Shown piece after piece: positions 47,810 through 58,352 of a DNA stretch of 64,000 bases (the stretch's first letter is position 1; each line of letters starts with the position of its first letter). This DNA comes from Marine Group II euryarchaeote MED-G35 (GTDB lineage: Archaea; Thermoplasmatota; Poseidoniia; Poseidoniales; Thalassarchaeaceae). Position numbers and translations under genes: made by a program. The notes under the pieces were generated by a model, which was not told the origin of the DNA, did no database searches, and saw nothing but the letters and a program-made list of their open reading frames with translations. The stretch is from positions 2,534 through 66,533 of the forward strand of contig NTJS01000001.1 of NCBI GenBank assembly GCA_002457155.1, read 5' to 3'.

Positions 47810-48793
47810 ATGGGCAGGCCCCTGAGGGATCTCAGGGTCTCAGTCACTGACCGATGCAACTTCAGATGCAGGTACTGCATGCCCAGAGAGAGGTTCGGAA
47901 AGGAGCACAAATTCCTGCCCAAGAGAAATATCCTGTCCTACGAGCAAATTCAGAAGTTCGTCCTTGCATGCAAGCCATTGGGACTGGGCAAGGTGAGGAT
48001 TACGGGGGGCGAACCCCTCCTCAGGAGGGACCTCCCCAAGCTGGTGAGGCAGCTCTCCGACTTGGGATTGGAGATAGCCCTCACCACGAACGGGTCATTC
48101 CTGAAGAGGGAGGCAGAGAGCCTTGCCGAGGCGGGACTGGACAGGGTCACAATCAGCCTCGATGCAATAGACCAGGACATGCACTCCAGGATGACAGACT
48201 CCAATGTGACGGTCAGCGATATCCTAGAGGGAATCGAGGAGGCGACCAGCCGTGGGCTGGGGCCAGTCAAGGTCAATTGCGTGGTTCAGCGAGGGGTGAA
48301 CGAGTCACAGATTCCAAAGCTCGTCAGGCAATTCAGGGGGACAGGGGTGATCGTTCGTTTCATCGAGTTCATGGACGTGGGGGGTACCAACGGATGGACT
48401 CCCGGCCAGGTCGTGCCAACCTCTGAGATCCTGGATTTCCTCTCAAAGGAGTTCGACCTTGTCCCGATGATGCGCGACACCCCCAGCGACGTCGCTTCTA
48501 GATGGGTCCATTCCGATGGCTCCGGGGAGGTCGGATTCATCTCATCGGTCTCACAGCCGTTCTGCGGCGATTGCGTGAGGGCCCGTCTATCATCCGACGG
48601 GAAGCTGTTCACCTGCCTTTTCACCACCCTTGGTCATGACATGTCCGAACTCATCAGGGACGGGGACGATCCCTCCAAACTGACCGAGGCAATCAGGGAA
48701 GTATGGACGAGAAGGTCAGATAGGTACAGTGAGGACAGGTCATCCGATGCAGTTTCGCTGCCAAGAGTTGAGATGTCCTACATCGGCGGCTGA
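47810..48793 (+). CDS. moaA: GTP 3',8-cyclase MoaA (radical SAM, molybdenum cofactor biosynthesis)
   Basis: 'LRVSVTDRCNFRCRYCMP' (CxxxCxxC) and 'VRITGGEPLLRRDL', with the C-terminal auxiliary cluster 'CGDCVRARLSSDGKLFTCLF'. Confidence 0.85.
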   Translation: MGRPLRDLRVSVTDRCNFRCRYCMPRERFGKEHKFLPKRNILSYEQIQKFVLACKPLGLGKVRITGGEPLLRRDLPKLVRQLSDLGLEIALTTNGSFLKREAESLAEAGLDRVTISLDAIDQDMHSRMTDSNVTVSDILEGIEEATSRGLGPVKVNCVVQRGVNESQIPKLVRQFRGTGVIVRFIEFMDVGGTNGWTPGQVVPTSEILDFLSKEFDLVPMMRDTPSDVASRWVHSDGSGEVGFISSVSQPFCGDCVRARLSSDGKLFTCLFTTLGHDMSELIRDGDDPSKLTEAIREVWTRRSDRYSEDRSSDAVSLPRVEMSYIGG

Positions 48794-50118
48794 ATAGACA
48801 TCGCCGCCTCCACTATGGCCTCCCAGGGCGCATTGGCCCTGAAAGAGGGCCTCCCATAGCTCGACACTCCGGCCGAATGACCCGCTTCATTGAGCATGTC
48901 GACAATTCTCCTAGGGCTCGGAGGTGCACCCGAACCCAACCATGCAGCAAGATCGTCGACCACAACCAGATGGCTGGACGAAATCACATCGGACTCTTCC
49001 GAAATGTGCCTCACGCTCCTTGCTACCCCCCTCCTCTCGGCTTCGACCCTGCGTTCGTCCCAGCCAATCGGGTCATCTACGGAGAATTCCGGTCCACTGG
49101 ACTCCAGTGCATTCTCCTCTGTCATCGAGGACATTGCGTCTCTATCCCCCATCGGACCCACCCACAGGGGCCCGGAGACTCGGGGGTCGCTCCTATCAAT
49201 GGGGAATTTTAGAGGAAGCATGCAGTGCATAGGGAGGTGAACGACCGAACTGTTGTGGTGCAAACCAGCGTCGATTGAGGCACTTACCTCCTCCTTAGTC
49301 GGGGAATGCACCCTCCATCCGATGCTGTCTTCCAATTCGTTTGCCGTAGAAACGCTCTTCAGAACTCTGAAAGAAACCCTGAGGTGGTGCGAATCCCAAA
49401 CCGAGAGAAGGGGCACAATCGCCCTATCGTGCCTTGCGGCTACTCTGGAGAAAGTAGCCAGCATCACCCTCATCCCAGAGTCGTGAGCAAGGCTATCGGT
49501 CCTGACTCTCGCACCATAACGCCTCATCAGGGCAGTCCTCGATGAGCCAGTCAGGGCTGCAGTGTCAGTCGCACTAACTTCCATCACGCCGCTCCTGGCC
49601 ATGGATTGCATGGCGGAGTCAATGAACGGCATCGGGGAACCGTAGGGATCGATGTCCACCCAGTGCCTGCCGCTTCTGAGGACAACGGACCTGAGGTCAC
49701 CCTTCGAAGGCTCCAGTATCCCCCCTCCGTGAGAGGGGGGGAACTCATCGTGAGATGCCTCGGCCCACCTCAAAGCCTCTTCCTCTAGATCAACAATCGT
49801 GGCAGAGACCCTCTCGGACATCTCTGCAGGTAGCTCGTTCAACCATCTCCTAGCCCTAAGCCCAGATGCTGTAAGGCCATCGAGTGCATACACTGTCCCC
49901 TCGCCTAGGAAACCCTCATCCAAAGCATGCCTGAGCAGCAGGACGCTCCTCGTTCTGCTACCAGCCATCGCCGGATTGTAGAACACCTTGCCCGAGGCCT
50001 TGGTCCCCGGGCCCTGGCCATCTTCAGGCGGGTTTGGGAGGAGCATCAGGGTTCTGCCCTCCCTATGAGGCACTCCCCCATCGGCAATCGACATGGTTCC
50101 CGGAGGAGGACCTAACAA
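48778..50118 (-). CDS. trm1: tRNA (guanine26-N2)-dimethyltransferase Trm1
   Basis: 'GKVFYNPAMAGSRTRSVLLL' matches the Trm1 'FYNPxQxxNRD' block, and 'VYALDGLTASGLRARRW' fits the SAM-binding region. About 440 aa, typical for archaeal Trm1. Confidence 0.7.
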   Translation of the reverse strand: MLGPPPGTMSIADGGVPHREGRTLMLLPNPPEDGQGPGTKASGKVFYNPAMAGSRTRSVLLLRHALDEGFLGEGTVYALDGLTASGLRARRWLNELPAEMSERVSATIVDLEEEALRWAEASHDEFPPSHGGGILEPSKGDLRSVVLRSGRHWVDIDPYGSPMPFIDSAMQSMARSGVMEVSATDTAALTGSSRTALMRRYGARVRTDSLAHDSGMRVMLATFSRVAARHDRAIVPLLSVWDSHHLRVSFRVLKSVSTANELEDSIGWRVHSPTKEEVSASIDAGLHHNSSVVHLPMHCMLPLKFPIDRSDPRVSGPLWVGPMGDRDAMSSMTEENALESSGPEFSVDDPIGWDERRVEAERRGVARSVRHISEESDVISSSHLVVVDDLAAWLGSGAPPSPRRIVDMLNEAGHSAGVSSYGRPSFRANAPWEAIVEAAMSIQPPM

Positions 50119-50131
50119 AAGGAATTGGCCA

Positions 50132-51253
50132 TCAGTAGTGGGAGAAGACTACATCGGCTACAGAGTGAGTGACCAATCTTCCATTATCGACTATTCTGCC
50201 GACCCTCCTGCTTCCGGGCAGACGGCTGCCAATCCACTCCTCGGCCACCTCAGCAGAGTCCTCAGAGACCGCGATCACCATCCCCATCCCCATGTTGAAG
50301 GTCCGATGCATCTCCAGGGGAGAGACCGAACCAACCTCTGATATCCATTCGAATTCTGGTTGTGGTTCTAGTGGGCTATCGATATGCCAGCCCAGGCTGT
50401 CATGGAGTCGGAGGAGGTTGGACAACCCACCTCCTGTGATGTGCGCTATTGCCCTGATGGACTCAGGTCCCACTACTCCCCCTTCCCCTCGGGATTCCAG
50501 AATAAGATCTACCACTGGGTCGACATATATCCGAGTCGGGTTCAACAGCACCTCGGCCAGAGTGGGATGCGAATCTACCTCGGAGAACCTTTCTATTTCT
50601 CTGGAATAATGACTCGGATCGAAGGGACATGGATCTTCGAGTGAGCAACCAGATCTCTCGATCACCGCACGGACTAGTGTATACCCGTTTGAGTGGACTC
50701 CACTGCTTGGAAGTCCAATCAAAACATCACCCTCCTCCAGATTTTGTCCGGTAATCCCGTGACCCTTGGGGAACCAACCCAGAGACGTTCCGGAGAGATC
50801 AAGCTCCTTCACGATTCCAGGCAGTGTCGCAGTCTCTCCCCCAGCAAGCGTCACTCTGGCCGTTTCGCAGGCTCTGGAGAGGGAAGCCCCCAGAGTAGCA
50901 TGGACCTCCGGGTCTGCAACCGGCACTGCGATGTAGTCCACGAAGGCGATAGGCTCGGCTCCAACGCAAATCAGATCGTTTACGTTCATAGCCACACAGT
51001 CGAACCCAACGCCCCCAAGCCGACCAACCTCATTTGCAATCTGCAATTTCGATCCAACTCCATCAGTAGCCAATGCTAGGCAGGATTCTCCGAATTCGAT
51101 CACTCCTCCAAAACCACCGGGTAGGTCGACGGGCGCCCCTAGCTCCCCCGGGCCTCTCTTCGACCGGGCCAGAGACTCGACCAAACTCGCCACTGCCCTC
51201 CCCTCTAGGTCTATGTCGACCCCACTTGATGCATAGTCCAATGGGCCCTCCAT
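50132..51253 (-). CDS. purM: phosphoribosylformylglycinamidine cyclo-ligase (AIR synthetase) PurM
   Basis: 'DYASSGVDIDLEG', 'LALATDGVGSKL', 'VAMNVNDLICVGAEP' and 'IAHITGGGL'. The start is taken at the internal Met ('MEGPLDYASSGVDID'); the ORF-track start at 51364 adds 37 unsupported residues. Confidence 0.85.
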   Translation of the reverse strand: MEGPLDYASSGVDIDLEGRAVASLVESLARSKRGPGELGAPVDLPGGFGGVIEFGESCLALATDGVGSKLQIANEVGRLGGVGFDCVAMNVNDLICVGAEPIAFVDYIAVPVADPEVHATLGASLSRACETARVTLAGGETATLPGIVKELDLSGTSLGWFPKGHGITGQNLEEGDVLIGLPSSGVHSNGYTLVRAVIERSGCSLEDPCPFDPSHYSREIERFSEVDSHPTLAEVLLNPTRIYVDPVVDLILESRGEGGVVGPESIRAIAHITGGGLSNLLRLHDSLGWHIDSPLEPQPEFEWISEVGSVSPLEMHRTFNMGMGMVIAVSEDSAEVAEEWIGSRLPGSRRVGRIVDNGRLVTHSVADVVFSHY

Positions 51254-51364
51254 GGTACGTCGCAGAGATGAAGCAACTTCATCCTCTCGGAAGACCGCTC
51301 TCAGGAGGGATAATCCGACCTGAAAAAACGCGAAGTTCGGGCAATAAAGGTCAATTTTAGACAT

Positions 51365-51430
51365 TTACTTATAAAGAGCAAATCACTATAGTTTATATGT
51401 ATCAGGTATTTCGCGGGGCCTACGGATAGT
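51365..51430. promoter_or_regulatory. AT-rich divergent intergenic region with TATA-like elements upstream of the amino-acid transporter operon
   Basis: 'cttataaagagc' and 'tttatatgta' lie about 40 bp upstream of the ATG at 51431. This is the only strongly AT-rich stretch nearby. Confidence 0.3.
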
Positions 51431-54400
51431 GTGAACACTATGTATAACAAGAAAATGATAGCAATGATGCTTACCCTGAGCATGCTAGCGGCTAGTCTCG
51501 CTGGATGCGCAGGAGGGGACGATGACTGGGACGCAGAGAAAGCGTCCAGCGACGTCAGCGTAGTATGGGTTGAGTCCGCTTGGGACCCAATCATCCCCAA
51601 CCTGAATGCCGGCGAGATGTGCGATGTCATCATCTCAGCCATGACCAAGACCGCAACACGCGACGAAGTTGTCGACTTCACCCGTGCCTACTACACTAGT
51701 AGCCAGGGAGTAATCGGCGGCTCAGGAGCTGCATCGATCAGCGATGTTTCCGAGCTTAACGCGGCTGGTGTCACTGTAGGGGTACAGTCCGGAACAACAT
51801 CGGATATCTACGCAAACGGTGATGCTACAAACGATGCAATGCTTCCCGATGCTTCCGTTGTAGCATACGAAGACTTCCCAACGGTCATCGCTGCACTGAA
51901 CAACGGTGACGTCATGTACGCATTGGGAGACGCACCTGTGCTCTCCTTGGAAGGGACTCTGATGACGTCCTTCTCCGACGAGAACTTCGGTTTCGCAGTC
52001 CGCGAGGACTCGGGCGACCTCCTAGATGCCCTCAACACGGCAATCGGAGCTATAGTCGACTCGGGAGAGTACGACGACATCTACGCAGCATCCTTCAACG
52101 GTGCAGTCACCCTTGCGGATGACAGCACTGCTGACACTGCTATGGCGTACCCAGCCGATTTCGCTGCATCAAGCGACCTCGCTGGTGTCCTCGACTCCGG
52201 AGCACTGAGGATCTGCACAGACCCGTTCTACGCTCCATTCGAGAGCTATGACGCAGACAACAACGTGGTCGGATTCGACGCAGACATCGCGCACGCGATA
52301 GCTGACGAAATCGCAGCTCACTACATGGGCACCGCTAACCCGATGTTCAGCGGCGACCCGCTCCCAGATCCACCGACCCTCATCAGGATTGGTTTCCTGA
52401 ACGACGCTAGCGGGCCAATAGCCCAGTTCGCCGCGCCCTTCACTTGGGCATGGGGACAGGCTCAGGATGACCTTAACGCGGTCGACTCCGCCAACTACGT
52501 CTTCGAGGTAATCGAGGCAGACTCCGGATGCGACGGTACCATGGGCCAGACGGCTGCTCAGTCACTGATTGACGCAGGCGTAGTGGCAGTAGCCGGTGCA
52601 GCTTGCTCCGGTGCATCGATGGGCGCAAACGCAGTGCTCTCCGCCGCAGGGATCCCGATGATCTCCTACGCGAGCACCTCACCTGCGCTTTCGAGCGACG
52701 CAGACCACCCGCTCTTCTACAGGATCGTTCCGAGCGATGCTCTGCAGGGACAGGCAGCTGCGGACATGATCGCAGCTTCCGGCGTCACTAACACTGCCGT
52801 CATTCACATGACGAACAGCTACGGTGCAGGACTAGCCGACGCAACGGTGGAGAACCTAGGTGCAGCAAACGTTTGCCTGCAGGCAGGTTACGAGGAGACC
52901 GCGACCGACTTCGCAGCAGCAGTTCAGTCTGTGATCGATGAAGGATGCGACTCCGCTTTCCTGGCCTCTTACTCCGCTGACGGCGCTATGATCGTCGAGA
53001 CCATGGCAGGGCTTGGCGCTGCTATCCCGACCTTCAGCGCAGACGGAATGGCCGGCGAGGCAGCTCTGAATGACTACTCGGCACCAGCAGCAGCCAACGG
53101 GCTACAGGTCACCAAGCCTATGGCAGCAGCCGCAGGCGCAGGCGTCTTCACGGCCGCCTGTGCAGCAGACGCAGTCTGCTCGACAGGGATCTACCAGTCC
53201 GAGTCGTACGACACGGTCATGATGATCGGACACGCTGCTATGCACGAGGATGGAGAGAACATGGCTACGCACATCGAGATGGTAGGCAACGGTTACGCTG
53301 GAGACAGCGGCACCCACACCTTCCTGGCCAACGGCGATGTCGGTGGCTCGGGATATGATGTGTGCACCTTCTACCACGTGCCAACCTATGGCGAGTACTT
53401 CAACTGCGACAGGATGTGGGACGCTACGAACGGCCTCTCAGACGTTGCATGGGCAGGAGCCACCGTCAAGATCGGCTTCCTGAACGACGCCACAGGGCCG
53501 ATTGCCGTATACGCCGGCGGGTTCGTGGCAGCCTCTCAGATTGCAGTAGGACTAGCCAACACCATCGGATACAGCAGTGGTGTGCAGTTCGAGATAGTCT
53601 ATGCCGACTCAGGCTGTGACGGTGCAATGGGCGGAACTGCTGCTCAGTCACTAGTGGATGCTGGTGTTTGGGGAGTAGTCGGAGCAGCATGCTCCGGTGC
53701 TTCGATTGGTGCCAACGCGGTCCTTTCCGCGGCAGGCATCCCCCAGGTATCCTATGCGAGCACCAGCCCAGCGCTCACTGACGCAACGCTCTACCCCGAC
53801 TTCTTCAGGGTGGTCCCAAGCGACGCCTTCCAGGGCTCAGTGATTGCAGATGTAATGTCGGCCGACTCCCAGGACAACGTTGGCGTGATCCACATGACCA
53901 ACGCATACGGTGCGGGTCTGGCAGACGCTTTCGTGGCTAACATGGATGCATCCCACGTATGCACCCAGGTGGGTTATGAGGAGTCTGCAACAGACTTCGG
54001 CACCTATGCCCAAGCCGTGATTGACGCTGGTTGCACATCCGTGCTACTCGTCTCCTACGCCAGCGATGGCGCTGGAATCATCGAGGAATTGTCCGCAAGG
54101 TCATTCTCAGGCGCAATATACGGCGCTGATGGAGTCGCGGAAGAAGGCCTGGCTGCAGGGATGGCCGACACCACTCTGGTGGACGGCATAATCGCAACCA
54201 AGCCCGCTGCAGCCGGAGACCCCGGTATGGTGGCACTGGTCTTCGCAGGGCTCTGTGCCCAGTCTACGGATTGCGCAGGCGGGATCTACACCGCCGAGGC
54301 GTTCGACGCAGTGACCATCGTTGCGTTCGCAGCCTTCACCGCACTGGCGACACCCGGCCTATCAAGTTCGGATGCCGTGCAGGGAACAGGCCAAGGATGG

Positions 54401-54550
54401 AACGGTGCTAGTGGCACGATCAGCTTCCTGTCAAACGGAGACGTGCCCGCTGCAGGATTCTGCATCGGGGAGTTCACTTCTGACGGTACGACGGTCTCAT
54501 ACGACTGCACCAGAAGCTGGGACCCAGTCAACGGCATCACGACCGCGTGA
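51431..54550 (+). CDS. 1039-aa lipoprotein with three fused substrate-binding domains: one polar amino-acid SBP (PBP2, family 3) followed by two tandem branched-chain amino-acid SBPs (LivJ/K-like, PBP1)
   Basis: Lipobox 'LAASLAGCAG'. Domain 1 is 'VVWVESAWDPIIPN...CDVIISAMTKTATRDEVVDFTRAYYTSSQGVIGG...GVTVGVQSGTT'. Domains 2 and 3 are internally homologous: 'IRIGFLNDASGPIA...ADSGCDGTMGQTAAQSLIDAGVVAVAGAACSGASMGANAVLSAAGIPMISYASTSPALS...FYRIVPSD' versus 'VKIGFLNDATGPIA...ADSGCDGAMGGTAAQSLVDAGVWGVVGAACSGASIGANAVLSAAGIPQVSYASTSPALTD...FFRVVPSD'. Confidence 0.8.
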   Translation: MNTMYNKKMIAMMLTLSMLAASLAGCAGGDDDWDAEKASSDVSVVWVESAWDPIIPNLNAGEMCDVIISAMTKTATRDEVVDFTRAYYTSSQGVIGGSGAASISDVSELNAAGVTVGVQSGTTSDIYANGDATNDAMLPDASVVAYEDFPTVIAALNNGDVMYALGDAPVLSLEGTLMTSFSDENFGFAVREDSGDLLDALNTAIGAIVDSGEYDDIYAASFNGAVTLADDSTADTAMAYPADFAASSDLAGVLDSGALRICTDPFYAPFESYDADNNVVGFDADIAHAIADEIAAHYMGTANPMFSGDPLPDPPTLIRIGFLNDASGPIAQFAAPFTWAWGQAQDDLNAVDSANYVFEVIEADSGCDGTMGQTAAQSLIDAGVVAVAGAACSGASMGANAVLSAAGIPMISYASTSPALSSDADHPLFYRIVPSDALQGQAAADMIAASGVTNTAVIHMTNSYGAGLADATVENLGAANVCLQAGYEETATDFAAAVQSVIDEGCDSAFLASYSADGAMIVETMAGLGAAIPTFSADGMAGEAALNDYSAPAAANGLQVTKPMAAAAGAGVFTAACAADAVCSTGIYQSESYDTVMMIGHAAMHEDGENMATHIEMVGNGYAGDSGTHTFLANGDVGGSGYDVCTFYHVPTYGEYFNCDRMWDATNGLSDVAWAGATVKIGFLNDATGPIAVYAGGFVAASQIAVGLANTIGYSSGVQFEIVYADSGCDGAMGGTAAQSLVDAGVWGVVGAACSGASIGANAVLSAAGIPQVSYASTSPALTDATLYPDFFRVVPSDAFQGSVIADVMSADSQDNVGVIHMTNAYGAGLADAFVANMDASHVCTQVGYEESATDFGTYAQAVIDAGCTSVLLVSYASDGAGIIEELSARSFSGAIYGADGVAEEGLAAGMADTTLVDGIIATKPAAAGDPGMVALVFAGLCAQSTDCAGGIYTAEAFDAVTIVAFAAFTALATPGLSSSDAVQGTGQGWNGASGTISFLSNGDVPAAGFCIGEFTSDGTTVSYDCTRSWDPVNGITTA

Positions 54551-54638
54551 TTGGAATTACGAAAAGCAGTGCGGCGGGTTAAGCCCGCCGCACTGCCCCA
54601 ACAATTATCCCGTCTGATGGACGGGTTCGCTAGAGAGC

Positions 54639-57600
54639 ATGCTTCACGATGCGCTAAACAGATTTTCAGAGCTTCCAAGAGGAACCCGTAGGCTAATCAT
54701 CGCCACAGCAATGTTCCTCGATGCAAACCTCCTTGGCACACTCAAAGGCTACGGGTCCCTAAACATCCTAGACGCACTCCTAGGGGGTGGTCTTCCAAAC
54801 GACATGGTATGGATCCTACAAGTCGTGGAGTCTATCTCGGCCGGATTCGTAGTTGTCAAGGTACTGTTCGATGACTCCCCAAGCAGCATTTATCGGACCA
54901 TTGGATTGTTGATCTCCCCCTTGTTCATGGTGGCCCTGACGTTCTTCACTCTGGATATCCTGATGCAGGGCCTTGACGTCGGTGCCAAATTCACCCTCGA
55001 TTCGGTGTCAATCGCCTCAGGAACCCTGACATGGTCATCCACCTACCTGGCGATAGCAATTGGACTCACACTCACCTACAGGGTCCAGAGGTACGGGAAC
55101 TTCGCCCAATCAGAGCTCTTCATGCTGGGGATGTACCTTGCCGTGGTCATGGCCTGGACTGACGAATTGTTCCCCATGTCGGACCTCCCAACATCCAAGG
55201 ACGGGGTCCTAACTTGGTCTGTACTCGCATTCATCCTCATTGCAGCGTTCGTCCTAACCGGGTTTGCCGGCATCATCATCGACAGACTCGTTTACCGGGG
55301 CTTCCGGAAGAAGGAGGCAAGCCCCCAGGTCATGATGATAGCCTCTCTCGGCGTAGCGCTGATCCTCCGTGCTCTGACCTACCTGCGGTTCGGAGCCGGG
55401 AGGCAACTATTCGAGCCCGAAGGGGATTGGAGGCTCCCGAGCCTATCATGGGAGATTCCGACAACAAAGATCCGATTCAACCTAGGCGATAGGTCCCTGG
55501 CCGAGGGCAGTTCGTACACCCATTTCAAATGCGAACAGACGGGACTGGATGAAGCCACAGGCGAACCAATCCTCTCCAGAATCGTCAGCGAGTCATCCAA
55601 GCCCGCGATGGAGATCTACGACACCACTGCCGACTGCGTCACCCAGGCCACTACCAACTACGTCTACTACAAGGGGGCGGTGCCATTCGTGGTTTTCTCA
55701 TCCGTTTTCCTGTTGATCCTGCTCCTGAACAAGACCAGGCTGGGAAGGAGGATGAGGGCGGTCGCCGATAACCCCGAGTTGGCGGCAAGCAGCGGGATCA
55801 ACGTAGAGAGGGTACACATGACCAGCGCCTTCCTTTCGGCCGGGCTGTCGGGGATCGGAGGGGCCATATTCGCCATGACTCTGAGATTCAGCGCGGAAAC
55901 GGCCTTCACCCTCCTCCTGCCCTCATTCGCGATCATCGTCCTGGGAACGATAGGATCCATCCCGGGTGCATTGGTGGGCTCCATTGTAGTTGGATTCGTC
56001 AGGGCCCTCTCTGGGCCGGTGACAATCGGGATAGGATACCCCCTCGGGAGGCCGGCGCTCACGACGCTCGACTCAATGATGCCGTACATTTTCCTAATCG
56101 CCATCCTGATGATCATGCCCCAGGGGATTGGGGATGCTTACGAGAAGTGGAAGATAGAGAGGCTGAGGAAGAGGGAGGCCGACGACTCCGATCGGAACAT
56201 CAAGACGGCAGTGGTATTGGCCATCCTGCCTACCGGCATCCTCGGCCTCCACCATTGGTGGAGGAATCGCGTGAGCAGGATGCAGAACTTCTCCATAGCC
56301 GCCTTCGCCGCTTATGCATTCCACAGATTCAGTGGATTCGTGGGGGAGAACTCGTTCGCCGACGGCTCATGCTCCGAAACTTGTGATGCCAGCCTCTCGG
56401 CAGAGACGAACCTAGCTGTCCTGACGGGAAGGAACGACGGCACGCTGCTTGTGGAGGACTCCCCTCACTTCGACACCGAAGTGTCAGAAATCGACTCTTC
56501 GTGGTTCGACATGATGAGTCTCGAGATCGACTTCGTCAATTTCATCGTCGATCTGGGTGACGTAATCTGGCCCGCTGCGATAGTGGCACTCTGGCTCTAC
56601 TCTGCATACGAGGGTTTCAGGATGCTATCGGGCTCGGATGAGCCCATCGAGTGGCCCGCCTTCCAGAGAGCACGGGACCATGTTTCCTCTTCGATATCCG
56701 GGGCAATTTTGCAGGTGAGGAGGAAATGGTCAGAATTGAATATGAGGCACAAGATTGCTGTGGAAGAAGCCTCATCGAAGGTCCTAAAGTTCCTAGAGGG
56801 GCTATATGGGAGGGCTTCGGAAATAGCACGAAATGCAGTAAGCCGGGAAAAACCCGCCGCCCTGCTTTCATCAGTCTCTGACACCTCCAGCAGGCTACTC
56901 GGACCAAAGATCTCCGAAGAGAGACGAAAGGCCGGGTTGTACGGCCGGGAGAGCACCTTCGGCTCATGGGTCCTCTTCTTCGTCCTGATGTCCATACTGA
57001 TCATGTTCCTGGTTTGGTTGCCAATCGCCGAATCGGATGATTTCCGATTCAAGAAGACCCTGCAGGTTTCGAACGTCCTCCTTTCCCTCTCGGTATTCAT
57101 CTTGATGTCCTTCTCTCTAAACCTGCATACCGGCTACACTGGAATGGTCAACTTCGGAGTAATCTTCTTCGTCTCTATCGGTGCTATTACGGTAGGGATC
57201 CTGACGGCTCCAGAGAGGCTCCATGGGTATGATTGGGGAATCCTCCCAGCCACAATATTCGGCGTTGCACTAGCTGGCGTCATTGGTTGGGCGCTAGCTT
57301 ATCCCACAGCTAGACTCAGGACGGATTACTTCGCAATCGTCACCATCTCACTGGGTGAGATCGTCAGGGTACTCCTCGCAGGGGAGCCTCTTCTCAGGGT
57401 CGGGTCGGTCGGGTCGGCCATAGGGATCTCCTCGTATCCACTCCCATTGGAGAACTGGTGGTTCTGCGGCTCCAGGACTCCGGGTCCAGAAACGCCCTGG
57501 GCGAGCCCAGATGACTGTAAGAATGACATAGCCCTAGTGGACACGCCGGCAACGAACATCGGCGACCTCCTCGGTTTGGGCGAACCAGCTCCCTATATGT

Positions 57601-58352
57601 TCATCCTGATGATTCTGTCAGTAGTCTCAGTGGTCGTAGTTTGGAGGCTCCTCTCCGTCCTCCTTGCCTCTCCATGGGGGCGTGTCCTCAAGGCAATCAG
57701 GGAGGACGAAGAGGTAGCCCAGCACCATGGTCATGACGTCCTGAAACACAAGGCGGCAAGCCTGGCCCTAGGGGCTGCTATTGCAGGCCTGGCCGGGGTA
57801 TTCTGGGCTTGGAAGCTGACTGGATTTGAGCCCACCTTCATGGCACCAGCACGATCCACATTCCTTGTCTGGGCTGCCTTCGTCATCGGCGGGAGAGCCA
57901 ACAACAGGGGGATGGTCGTTGGTGCTTTCATCATCGTTCTGATGGAATTCGTCTTCAACGTACTGGTAGCAGGCCAGGGTTCATCCGACCTACCACTACA
58001 CACCACGGCTGACAGAATTGACAGCCTATTCACTTGGCTAGTCACGAGTCAGTGGGAAGTCTTCCGAATATTCGCCATAATTGCGCTGATCGGTCTAGCT
58101 ACCAGATCAGAGAGGCTTCTGGACATAGGGGCATCCGGTGCCGCGATCTTCGCATTCACGGCCATTGCACTCGGCCAGAGGTCAATCGATGAGTCTTACT
58201 ACGGAGGCGTCGTAGTCACTGACATGCTATACGTCAAGCTACTTCTTATCGGGTGCCTGATGCTGTTCTCCCTCAAGTACAATCCAAAGGGTTTGCTACC
58301 AGAGGTGCCCATGAGGCCATCTAGGCCAGAGGGGGTGTCCGGCAGTGAGTAA
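54639..58352 (+). CDS. fused LivH-LivM branched-chain amino-acid ABC permease (1237 aa) with large extracytoplasmic insertions and a roughly 400-aa interdomain region
   Basis: N-terminal half 'AIGLTLTYRVQRYGNFAQSELFMLGMYLAVV' (LivH) and 'RLGRRMRAVADNPELAASSGINVERV'. C-terminal half 'LNLHTGYTGMVNFGVIFFVSIGAIT' (LivM) and 'GRVLKAIREDEEVAQHHGHDV...AASLALGAAIAGLAGV'. Confidence 0.8.
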   Translation: MLHDALNRFSELPRGTRRLIIATAMFLDANLLGTLKGYGSLNILDALLGGGLPNDMVWILQVVESISAGFVVVKVLFDDSPSSIYRTIGLLISPLFMVALTFFTLDILMQGLDVGAKFTLDSVSIASGTLTWSSTYLAIAIGLTLTYRVQRYGNFAQSELFMLGMYLAVVMAWTDELFPMSDLPTSKDGVLTWSVLAFILIAAFVLTGFAGIIIDRLVYRGFRKKEASPQVMMIASLGVALILRALTYLRFGAGRQLFEPEGDWRLPSLSWEIPTTKIRFNLGDRSLAEGSSYTHFKCEQTGLDEATGEPILSRIVSESSKPAMEIYDTTADCVTQATTNYVYYKGAVPFVVFSSVFLLILLLNKTRLGRRMRAVADNPELAASSGINVERVHMTSAFLSAGLSGIGGAIFAMTLRFSAETAFTLLLPSFAIIVLGTIGSIPGALVGSIVVGFVRALSGPVTIGIGYPLGRPALTTLDSMMPYIFLIAILMIMPQGIGDAYEKWKIERLRKREADDSDRNIKTAVVLAILPTGILGLHHWWRNRVSRMQNFSIAAFAAYAFHRFSGFVGENSFADGSCSETCDASLSAETNLAVLTGRNDGTLLVEDSPHFDTEVSEIDSSWFDMMSLEIDFVNFIVDLGDVIWPAAIVALWLYSAYEGFRMLSGSDEPIEWPAFQRARDHVSSSISGAILQVRRKWSELNMRHKIAVEEASSKVLKFLEGLYGRASEIARNAVSREKPAALLSSVSDTSSRLLGPKISEERRKAGLYGRESTFGSWVLFFVLMSILIMFLVWLPIAESDDFRFKKTLQVSNVLLSLSVFILMSFSLNLHTGYTGMVNFGVIFFVSIGAITVGILTAPERLHGYDWGILPATIFGVALAGVIGWALAYPTARLRTDYFAIVTISLGEIVRVLLAGEPLLRVGSVGSAIGISSYPLPLENWWFCGSRTPGPETPWASPDDCKNDIALVDTPATNIGDLLGLGEPAPYMFILMILSVVSVVVVWRLLSVLLASPWGRVLKAIREDEEVAQHHGHDVLKHKAASLALGAAIAGLAGVFWAWKLTGFEPTFMAPARSTFLVWAAFVIGGRANNRGMVVGAFIIVLMEFVFNVLVAGQGSSDLPLHTTADRIDSLFTWLVTSQWEVFRIFAIIALIGLATRSERLLDIGASGAAIFAFTAIALGQRSIDESYYGGVVVTDMLYVKLLLIGCLMLFSLKYNPKGLLPEVPMRPSRPEGVSGSE

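Noticed and set aside
51808-54678. Antisense ORFs within the triple-SBP gene (51808..52080, 52473..52682, 53102..53377, 53466..53690, 54286..54678)
   Set aside because: They sit inside a strongly supported + strand CDS with clear domain homology and give low-complexity translations.
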